In this document: positions 9,820 to 17,019 of the stretch, piece after piece
How the letters are laid out: the number at the start of each line of letters is the position of its first letter
Position numbering within the stretch: position 1 is the first letter of the stretch
Source of the DNA: a bacterium
GTDB lineage: Bacteria > SZUA-182 > DTGQ01 > JAFGSM01
NCBI GenBank assembly: GCA_016934595.1
Contig: JAFGSM010000188.1
Location: 1-32,162, forward strand
Length of the DNA: 32,162 nt
Reading direction: 5' to 3'
Program-made: the position numbers and the translations under genes
The notes under the pieces: model-generated
Told to the model about the DNA's origin: nothing
The model's database searches: none
Seen by the model: the letters and a program-made list of their open reading frames with translations, nothing else

Positions 9820-10876
9820 ATCAGAGTTTACGCTTAAGGATCTTGCAGACAGGATCGGCGGCAGGGTCATCGGCGATGAAAAGATAAGCATAAGGGGTGT
9901 TGCCGGTCTGAATGAGGCATGCCCAGGAGAAATCGCCTTTTTTGCCAATCAAAGATACAGGCCATTGCTGGCCAGTACCCGTGCATCAGCCCTTATTGCC
10001 TCTGAAGAGGAACCTTTTTTTAAAGGGCCTGTCATTCAGGTCTGCGATCCATACCTTGCGTTCGCCAAGGTATTGGAGATATTCTATCCCTGTTTAGAGC
10101 CAGCGACAGGGATCCATCCGGATGCAGTTATACATCCGGATGCAGTGATAGCGGAGGATGCAAGCATACAGGCAGGGGCTTTCATAGGAAGGGGGGTGCG
10201 TGTCGGCAGCAAGGTGCATATAATGTCGTGCTCGGTTGTGGGAGAGGATTCAGTGATCGGGGATTGTTCCCTGCTTTATCCAAATGTCACGCTATACCCT
10301 GAAACAGAATTAGGTGAGCGGGTTATTATCCACGCAGGTTCTGTCATAGGCAGCGACGGATTTGGTTATGCAAGACAGAACGGTATGCCCTACAAGATTC
10401 CCCAAGTAGGAAGGGTTGTGATTGAGGATGATTGCGAGATCGGGGCAAACGTATGTATAGACAGAGGTACACTGGGCGATACAAGGATCGGCAAAGGGAC
10501 AAAGATCGATAATCTCGTCCAGATCGCCCATAATGTTGTATTAGGGCCTTATTCTGTCATTGTATCCCAGACAGGAATATCCGGCAGCACCCAGGTAGGA
10601 AGCGGTGTAATACTTGCAGGCCAGACAGGTGTCGCAGGTCATATAAAGATCGGTGATGGTGTTGTTGCCGCTGCAAGGTCGGGTATTACAAAAGACATCC
10701 CGCAGGGGCAAACGATCGCAGGCTTTATGGCGATGCCTGCAAATGAATGGAGAAAATCAGAGGCGGTCTACAGGAACCTGCCTGAGATGCAAAAAAGATA
10801 CAGGGAACTCCTGAAAAGGGTAGAGTCACTGGAGGCTGTTCTTCAAGCCGGAGGCCATGCCAAGGGCGGCAGTTAG
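9797..10876 (+). CDS. lpxD: UDP-3-O-acylglucosamine N-acyltransferase LpxD (left-handed beta-helix)
   Basis: 359 aa. N-terminal LpxD-specific domain (FTLKDLADRIGGRVIGD), hexapeptide repeats (IHPDAVIHPDAVIAEDASI...) and a C-terminal helical tail. Overlaps the skp end by 23 nt. Confidence 0.9.
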   Translation: MTKRCSNKSEFTLKDLADRIGGRVIGDEKISIRGVAGLNEACPGEIAFFANQRYRPLLASTRASALIASEEEPFFKGPVIQVCDPYLAFAKVLEIFYPCLEPATGIHPDAVIHPDAVIAEDASIQAGAFIGRGVRVGSKVHIMSCSVVGEDSVIGDCSLLYPNVTLYPETELGERVIIHAGSVIGSDGFGYARQNGMPYKIPQVGRVVIEDDCEIGANVCIDRGTLGDTRIGKGTKIDNLVQIAHNVVLGPYSVIVSQTGISGSTQVGSGVILAGQTGVAGHIKIGDGVVAAARSGITKDIPQGQTIAGFMAMPANEWRKSEAVYRNLPEMQKRYRELLKRVESLEAVLQAGGHAKGGS

Positions 10877-10906
10877 TGCCTGGAAAAAGATCGAAATGGA
10901 ATTTAA

Positions 10907-10967
10907 GGTGATTTCGGTGTTGGTTGAAAATCCGCAAACATTGCATTGTATCTGTCCTTTGTTTTTA
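10907..10967 (-). repeat. Duplicated 3' fragment (about 60 bp) of the small radical SAM gene, also present at 12854-12917
   Basis: Minus-strand translation gives GQIQCNVCGFSTNTEIT, identical to residues near the C-terminus of the 302-aa radical SAM protein, with one synonymous nt change. Homology stops on both sides. Confidence 0.7.
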
Positions 10968-11120
10968 CTTGCTTTATATGAAAATGATCGAACAATGCTT
11001 TGTTTTTATTCATTTTCATGCTTCGTTGTGACTGTAAGGTCATGGGGGTTACTTAGCAATTTAATTATTTGAGTGTAACCAAAATAGAACATTGTTGCTT
11101 GTTCCAATTTTCCGGACATA

Positions 11121-11155
11121 CTGGATTCCGGCTTTCGACGGAATGACAAATAAGA
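11121..11155. repeat. Border repeat copy A: ctggattccg-N10-gaatgacaaataag
   Basis: Shares ctggattccg and gaatgacaaa(a)ta with 16765-16799. Contains a small inverted repeat attccg...cggaat. Lies just 3' of the AAA ATPase gene. Confidence 0.5.
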
Positions 11156-11178
11156 AATAGCACCATTTTGGTTACAAT

Positions 11179-12477
11179 CTAATTATTTTTGGTGGATTCA
11201 GTTTCTGATTTTTTTCTTGTCAGAAGCCATTTCCACAAAGGCACAAACTTTATATTCCTGCCATTTGAATCCTCAATTGAATCATAATCCCATGTAATTA
11301 CCGATAAGTCGTCACAATTTAGCTCTTCGCTTGCATCTATCAAAGATCTTATTTCCCTCTTTTTCACTGCCATCTCTTCTATTTGATAACAGACCTGTAT
11401 GAGATTTTTGACAGTCAATCCATCCCTTATAATAAAATCAACCTCTTTGTTGTTTTTGGTTTTATAATAAAAGACATCTTTATTTGGTTTATATCCATCT
11501 CTCAAAATCTCAAGGAAGACAAGATTTTCCATCAACCTCCCTGTATTTTGTGAGAACTGAAAGGATTTTGCCAGGATAAGGCCATTGTCCACAATATAGA
11601 TTTTCTTTGGGGACTTGATTTGCTCGCCAATTTTAAAAGAGAACCTGTTTAGTGAGAAGAATAGATAGGCATCTTCAAGATATCCCAAATAACTCTGAAC
11701 CGTGCCGGTGCTATTGAATTCAAGGGTATTTCTAATCTTTGTAGAACTAAACTCAGAACAAAAATTGCTTATCATGTACAATGCCAGATCATACATCTTT
11801 TGAGGAAATCTCACCCTGTATCTCTTAACAATATCTTTAAATAAAATGGCGTCAAAAAGTGTTTCCAGATATGTTCTGGTGTCAAGATCATTCATAACAA
11901 TCTCAGGAAACCCGCCATTCTTCAAAAAGCAGTCTAAGTGATTTAGAATCTTTCCTTTCATTTCAGGGATAATATCTTGATCTTTCTCCATCCTGACATT
12001 TTTGCTTCCGAGGAATTCACTGAAACTAAAAGGCAGAATCTCAATCGGCACATATCTTCCTGTTAATGCGGTTGCCAATTCTTTACTTAAGAGCCCTGCA
12101 TTTGATCCGGTCAAAACTAGATTATATCCTCTCCTTTGAAGCTTATTGACAAATAATTCCCAATTTTCTAAATTCTGTATCTCATCAAAAAAGATGAGAT
12201 CATGTTCTGGATAAACCTCGAAAATACCTTTAACAATATCATCAGTTGAAGCCTTTATAAGATTCTCATCGTCAAGGTTTAAATAGGCAAAGTTGCTTTT
12301 GTTTAATAGAAGAAAAGAAAATACGGATTTTCCAGCCCTCCTCGGACCGGTAATCACCTTTATCAGGGACGAATCCAAGAAATGCCTTGCAAAATCAAGC
12401 TTTTCGCGTAAAAGATAATTGCGTGAAAGTAGCTTTTCTTTCTCCTTCTTGTGTTGGATTATAAGCTCTTTTATCAT
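11179..12477 (-). CDS. AAA+ ATPase, DUF4143/COG1373 family (predicted ATPase)
   Basis: 432 aa with Walker A GPRRAGKS and Walker B-like DEIQ, matching the AAA_14 plus DUF4143 C-terminal architecture. The gene looks noticeably AT-richer than its neighbours (estimated by eye, not computed). Confidence 0.8.
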   Translation of the reverse strand: MIKELIIQHKKEKEKLLSRNYLLREKLDFARHFLDSSLIKVITGPRRAGKSVFSFLLLNKSNFAYLNLDDENLIKASTDDIVKGIFEVYPEHDLIFFDEIQNLENWELFVNKLQRRGYNLVLTGSNAGLLSKELATALTGRYVPIEILPFSFSEFLGSKNVRMEKDQDIIPEMKGKILNHLDCFLKNGGFPEIVMNDLDTRTYLETLFDAILFKDIVKRYRVRFPQKMYDLALYMISNFCSEFSSTKIRNTLEFNSTGTVQSYLGYLEDAYLFFSLNRFSFKIGEQIKSPKKIYIVDNGLILAKSFQFSQNTGRLMENLVFLEILRDGYKPNKDVFYYKTKNNKEVDFIIRDGLTVKNLIQVCYQIEEMAVKKREIRSLIDASEELNCDDLSVITWDYDSIEDSNGRNIKFVPLWKWLLTRKKSETESTKNN

Positions 12478-12575
12478 ATCTTAATCATATACTGGATATA
12501 ATTTTATATTTTTGTTCAATACAGTAACAATACCATATAAAATCATTATGTCAAATTCATGTTTTGATTTATTTT

Positions 12576-12698
12576 TGATGGCCTCGTAAAAAGTCTAAAA
12601 CGCCCCTAAAAATACGTTTAATATAATAAATTTGATATATATTTTGGCGATGTAATTGTTTTTCCTCAGCATCAAAATTACTTTTTACGAGGCCATCA
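12576..12698. mobile_element. MITE-like small repeat element, family A, full copy with 19-bp perfect terminal inverted repeats (tgatggcctcgtaaaaagt)
   Basis: Left TIR at 12576-12594; right TIR actttttacgaggccatca at 12680-12698. The internal about 85 bp recurs at about 85% identity at 32076-32162. A solo TIR-like copy is at 16918-16935. Confidence 0.6.
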
Positions 12699-12784
12699 TT
12701 TTTAACCCCTGAAACATGGGGCGTATTTTCTCTGTGCGCTCTGTGGTCTCCGTGGTGAATTATTACAGTATAAGGAGAATACAG

Positions 12785-13693
12785 CTACCCTGTGCAATAC
12801 CTGAATACGCGTCTTCCTACATTGATCGATTCCATCTCAAGCTCATAGGCAAGGGTGATTTCGGTGTTGGTTGAAAAGCCGCAAACATTGCATTGTATCT
12901 GTCCCCTGTTTTTTACGTAGCAGCCTGTGGTTATAGTGCCGTCCGGTTCAATGCTTGCGATCATCCAATCCTTGCACCTCTTGGTCCAATCATTGGACTT
13001 CAGGGCATCAAGCGCCTTGAAGGAGTTAGTCAGCGGCCATCCCTCCCTCTTCATCCTTATCAGTTCATCCAGCACCCGAACCCTTTTATCGGATGACAGC
13101 ATCAAAGGGTCTGCCTTTTCATAAGGATAGAAAAACTGTATGGTCACGCCCTTGACCTTCCCCTTCAGGAATCTTACCATGTCAGGTATTTCATTCCAGT
13201 TAAGCATGTTTATGGTAGTGTTTACGTAAAGGTTGGGGTGATTGCTTGCCTCAATTTTTTGGATTACCTGATCAAATATATCCCTGCCTCTTATGTGGTT
13301 ATGTGTCTCTTTTAGCCCATCCAAACTTACCCACAGGCTGTTTGAGTCAATATCCAGGGATATTGTCCCGTTTGTTGTGACGCCAACGCTGAAGAAGTAT
13401 TTTTTCGCTTCATTGACCACGTCATTGAGGCCGTATTGCCCATTCCTCCATAAAAACGGCTCACCCCCTTCTATAAGCAGTATCCTGATCCCCATATCAT
13501 ACAGTTTTTTCAAAACTGCCTGGATCTGTTTGAAATCCATTTGAGGAAGGTTTTCATGCCAGAAAGGGCAATGCCTGCATTTCAGGTTGCATTTATGTGT
13601 GATCTTGAACCCTGCAAGAAGCGGGGTCTTTTTGCCGAGCCACCGTGTCTTAAAGTAGTATCTTAAGAAATAGAAAAACCAGCCACTTTCCAT
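12785..13693 (-). CDS. Radical SAM enzyme (SPASM/twitch-clade) with a C-terminal auxiliary Cys cluster
   Basis: 302 aa. CNLKCRHC gives the CxxxCxxC motif, IEGGEPFL is a glycine-rich SAM motif, and the C-terminus reads C-x18-C-x9-C-x2-C (twitch-like). RBS ggggaaagaag upstream. Confidence 0.85.
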   Translation of the reverse strand: MESGWFFYFLRYYFKTRWLGKKTPLLAGFKITHKCNLKCRHCPFWHENLPQMDFKQIQAVLKKLYDMGIRILLIEGGEPFLWRNGQYGLNDVVNEAKKYFFSVGVTTNGTISLDIDSNSLWVSLDGLKETHNHIRGRDIFDQVIQKIEASNHPNLYVNTTINMLNWNEIPDMVRFLKGKVKGVTIQFFYPYEKADPLMLSSDKRVRVLDELIRMKREGWPLTNSFKALDALKSNDWTKRCKDWMIASIEPDGTITTGCYVKNRGQIQCNVCGFSTNTEITLAYELEMESINVGRRVFRYCTG

Positions 13694-13768
13694 CTGAAAA
13701 TCCCTTCTTGGTATCTTCTTTCCCCTTTGAGAATAAAATATTCATGGGTGTTTCACCTGATTATCCAC

Positions 13769-15721
13769 TTATGACAGATCAGTGATCTGCCTGTAAACCT
13801 CTTCCGCTTCAAGGAGGAAGCAGGGGTTTAAACCGTATAAACGGAAAAGCCAGCATCCGCCTCTGCACTCAGAAAGATGCGGGCATCTTAGGCAGCCTTC
13901 CTGCAAATCTTCGGGTATGTCCTTGCGAAATGATGCAAATCCATCCGTCCAGATATGTTGCATCGAATCCTTTCTGCAGTCACCTTCCTCTGTCTTCCTG
14001 GATGTTTTCACAGGGCATCCCTGCACTATGCCATTCGAGTTAATGCAAAAGGTGTTCCAACCACAGCCGCAAAAGAACGGGGCAGGGCGAAGGAATGGCT
14101 CAAGGGCTCCGAGATATCCGAATAGCTCCCCTGCCTCAACGGCAAATCCCCGCCTTCTGGCCTCCAAAATAAACCTGAAGGAATCCTTGACCGTCTCATG
14201 CTGATTGCGCAAGGGCTGGCCGTTGTCAAAGATACGGGGCTGGATCTGCAAGAGATTTGCCCCTGCCCGAAAAGCATCTTCGGTCAGTTTTGGAAATTCC
14301 CTGAGGTTTTCATCAAGGAGTATTGAGGACACGCAAATCCTTGGCGCGCCTATATCATGGAAGAATTCTATGGCCCTGATCCCCCGCTCATAAGAATCCT
14401 TGGAGTCCCTTATCCTGTTTTGCGTTTCACCATAACCATCCAGTGTTATGACCACAGAGTCAAACTTTGCATCGGACAGGGCTGCCACGTTTTCCTCAAC
14501 GGCATAGCCGTTTGTGGTAAGGCCCACCCTTATCCCTTTTTCTTTAGCATAGCGGGCTATTTCAAAAAGGTCTTTGCGAAGCAGAGGCTCTCCGCCGGTT
14601 AAAGATAGAAATCCGCAGCCCATATCAGCCAGATCATCGATGACCTTTTTTGCCTCTGATGTCTCAAGTTCCTGTGGGGTAGGATGCCCAGCCACTATCT
14701 CACAGTGGCCGCATTTAAACTGGCATTTATCTGTTATCACCCACTGCACATATTGGGGGCTGAGTTTGCCCTCCTGTAAATCCTGCTTGTATTTATTGAT
14801 AAAACCCTCTGAAGGAAGAACCTCCGCCTGAGGTCTTGGGTATTGATCTTTAGTGGTAAATGCCTCAGTGGCTTTTTTTGCCTCTTCGTGCGTTATTTTT
14901 GCCTCTTCATGCCCTATCTCTTTTGATTTTGCGGTTTCCGATTTTTCCTGTGTTTTGATCATCCTTTTTATATTATCGAGAAAAGGCGTCAAAAGGTCTA
15001 AAGGAAACGGGAAAAGGATGGTCGATCCCTTGTTTGTGGATATATCACGAAGGGTCTGGAGATACCTGAGCTGCAGGCCATGCGGATTGCTTGAGAGTAT
15101 CTCGCCTGCCTCTGCAAGGGTCCGGGATGCCTGATATTCGCCCTGGGCGTCTATAAGCCTTGCCCTTCGCTCACGCTCCGTCTCGGCCTGTTTGGCCATG
15201 GCCCTTTTCATCTCCTCAGGCAGTGTGACCTCCTTGATCTCCACCATAGTGATATTGATGCCCCACTGACTTATGTGCACGGATATGATCTCCTGCAGGT
15301 GTTTATTTATCTTTGCCTGCTGGCTCAGGAGTTCATCCAGTTCCACCTGACCCAGCACACTCCTCAATGTGGCCTGGGCAAGCAGGAAGGTGGATTGATA
15401 GATGTCCTGTATATTGATAATGGCCATTGCCGGATCAGAGACATGAAAATAAACGACTGCGTCCACCGTGACAGGGACATTATCCCTCGTCATTATATCC
15501 TGACGGGGCACATCTATGGACACCAGGCGCAGATCCACCCTCTGTATACGGTCTATCAGCGGTATTAGAATGACCAGCCCCGGGCCTTTTGTGGATAGAA
15601 ATTTCCCCAGGCGGAATACGACGGCTCGTTCATATTCTTTGAGTATCTTAAAGGCCGATCCAATGACGGCTATAGAGCCTAATATCAGCAATAATATTTT
15701 TATATATACAAGATTCATCAT
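13769..15721 (-). CDS. Fusion protein: N-terminal TM helix plus stomatin/SPFH (band-7) domain, linker, then C-terminal radical SAM with a full SPASM domain
   Basis: 650 aa. Residues about 1-250 are a classic stomatin-like SPFH domain (EYERAVVFRLGK..., ...EMKRAMAKQAETERERRA...). Residues about 320-650 carry CQFKCGHC (CxxxCxxC), LTGGEPLL and a 7-Cys SPASM (CGCGWNTFC...C..C...CLRCPHLSEC.GGC). Strong RBS agggagga upstream. Confidence 0.85.
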   Translation of the reverse strand: MMNLVYIKILLLILGSIAVIGSAFKILKEYERAVVFRLGKFLSTKGPGLVILIPLIDRIQRVDLRLVSIDVPRQDIMTRDNVPVTVDAVVYFHVSDPAMAIINIQDIYQSTFLLAQATLRSVLGQVELDELLSQQAKINKHLQEIISVHISQWGINITMVEIKEVTLPEEMKRAMAKQAETERERRARLIDAQGEYQASRTLAEAGEILSSNPHGLQLRYLQTLRDISTNKGSTILFPFPLDLLTPFLDNIKRMIKTQEKSETAKSKEIGHEEAKITHEEAKKATEAFTTKDQYPRPQAEVLPSEGFINKYKQDLQEGKLSPQYVQWVITDKCQFKCGHCEIVAGHPTPQELETSEAKKVIDDLADMGCGFLSLTGGEPLLRKDLFEIARYAKEKGIRVGLTTNGYAVEENVAALSDAKFDSVVITLDGYGETQNRIRDSKDSYERGIRAIEFFHDIGAPRICVSSILLDENLREFPKLTEDAFRAGANLLQIQPRIFDNGQPLRNQHETVKDSFRFILEARRRGFAVEAGELFGYLGALEPFLRPAPFFCGCGWNTFCINSNGIVQGCPVKTSRKTEEGDCRKDSMQHIWTDGFASFRKDIPEDLQEGCLRCPHLSECRGGCWLFRLYGLNPCFLLEAEEVYRQITDLS

Positions 15722-15761
15722 TTTTTATTTTCCTCCCTATGATTTATATAAAATCTTTATA

Positions 15762-16784
15762 TCAGAGTTTGCCTCCCAATCCAATAAGGTTCATAACAAA
15801 CCATAAAAGCCCCATGATTGAAAATATGGAAAAGATCACAGACAAAAGGCCGTATATGGAAAGCCAATGAAACCGTTTTTTGCGCAGGTATTCCTTCCCT
15901 TTTTGCCTCATGTTCACTGTGCGTGAGAAGTCTGATAGAAGCCAGTATCCGTCTCCGTTGACCAGCGGATTCATAATAATGCTCCACCTTGTGTATTGCA
16001 GGATGAGAAGCGGGGTTACATAGTATTCAGCCGCAGGGTAATAGATTGCAAGGGCAACGAGCAATGAATTAAGGCCCATGTCCATAAGGATGCCCGCTGA
16101 GTTTATTAGCAGGCGGATATTTCTTGGAAGGCACCAGGCTGCGTGCGTGTCCATATATACGGCAGGGAAAAACCAAAGGAATGTGAAACCAAGTCGCGGG
16201 GCAAAATACTTCCTTGCGCTGAGATAGTGTCCCAATTCATGCAGGATGATCGGGATGATGGAAATAAGCCCGACTATCAATGCATCATACCATCTTCCAA
16301 GACGGAATGTGCGCGCAATATTTTGAAAATACTCAATTTGTATAGCAGCCAGCAGAAAAAACAGGAGGACGAAAGGGGCGATGTGTATATCGTCCTGTTG
16401 ACCCGACTTGGTGATTTTGCCCTCCCTTGGAGAGACAATGGCTCCCTCGCGGCGGAGATTTGCGATCAATCCGTTGAGTTCCTTTTGATCGATCTTGTAT
16501 TTTGTGCATAACGGGACAACAGGCATTCCAGCGTTCAGTTCCATTAGAAGGCGTAATGTGAGCCAATCCACATGGAACAGCCCCTTCGAAGGTGTGCGGA
16601 TCCATATTGTGCCGTCATCCAGGAAGCCGTACTCGAACCGGAGGGATTGATTATAGCTTTTTCTCTCAGGTTCAGTGTAGGCAGGATGTGGTGACGGACT
16701 GCCTGAAATTTTCTGCTGCAAAAATGGCATATTCAAGATTTTCTTATTTTCCTTATTTAAAGCGCTGGATTCCGTGTCAGGCAC
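15762..16784 (-). CDS. Membrane zinc metalloprotease, M50 (site-2 protease) family, with an N-terminal cytoplasmic PqqD/RRE-like domain
   Basis: HELGH in a TM helix and NPLVNGDG in a later TM helix match the M50 HExxH plus LDG motifs. N-terminal segment HVDWLTLRLLMELNAGMPVVPLCTKYKIDQKELNGLIANLRREGAIV resembles PqqD-like peptide-binding domains (inference). The start may be the internal Met (MPFLQQ...) rather than the GTG at 16784. Confidence 0.7.
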   Translation of the reverse strand: MPDTESSALNKENKKILNMPFLQQKISGSPSPHPAYTEPERKSYNQSLRFEYGFLDDGTIWIRTPSKGLFHVDWLTLRLLMELNAGMPVVPLCTKYKIDQKELNGLIANLRREGAIVSPREGKITKSGQQDDIHIAPFVLLFFLLAAIQIEYFQNIARTFRLGRWYDALIVGLISIIPIILHELGHYLSARKYFAPRLGFTFLWFFPAVYMDTHAAWCLPRNIRLLINSAGILMDMGLNSLLVALAIYYPAAEYYVTPLLILQYTRWSIIMNPLVNGDGYWLLSDFSRTVNMRQKGKEYLRKKRFHWLSIYGLLSVIFSIFSIMGLLWFVMNLIGLGGKL

Positions 16785-16799
16785 TGAATGACAAAATAG
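16765..16799. repeat. Border repeat copy B: ctggattccg-N11-gaatgacaaaatag
   Basis: Matches 11121-11155. Overlaps the annotated GTG start of the M50 gene. Confidence 0.5.
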
Positions 16800-16917
16800 G
16801 GTGAAACCGGCTTTTTACAAATCCATCAATTCTCAAAGTTTTTATTTCTGTTGACCGATATAAAAGTTAGAACAGTTTAACTTGTAAATTATCAATTGTC
16901 CATAGACGGCTGATTTT

Positions 16918-16935
16918 GATGGACTCGTAAAAGGT
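16918..16935. repeat. Solo TIR-like copy of the MITE family A terminus (tgatggactcgtaaaagg)
   Basis: 16/18 identical to the family A TIR tgatggcctcgtaaaaag. No matching right end nearby. Confidence 0.4.
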
Positions 16936-17019
16936 TTTTACCGGCTTTTTAAATTGCGTCAGGATTGATAAATACTTTTAAAATTGTGGTCGCGAGATCA
17001 CGTGGATTGGGAAGAAACT

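Noticed and set aside
12716-12874. 52-aa plus-strand ORF (MGRIFSVRSV...) between the MITE and the small rSAM gene
   Set aside because: Overlaps the 3' end of the rSAM gene on the opposite strand, has no RBS, and is not Cys- or Gly-rich.
16785-17019. Divergent promoters between the M50 operon and atpB
   Set aside because: Several weak -35/-10-like hexamer pairs can be drawn (e.g. ttgtaa-N16-tatttt on the minus strand), but none is close enough to consensus or spacing to assert without transcript data.
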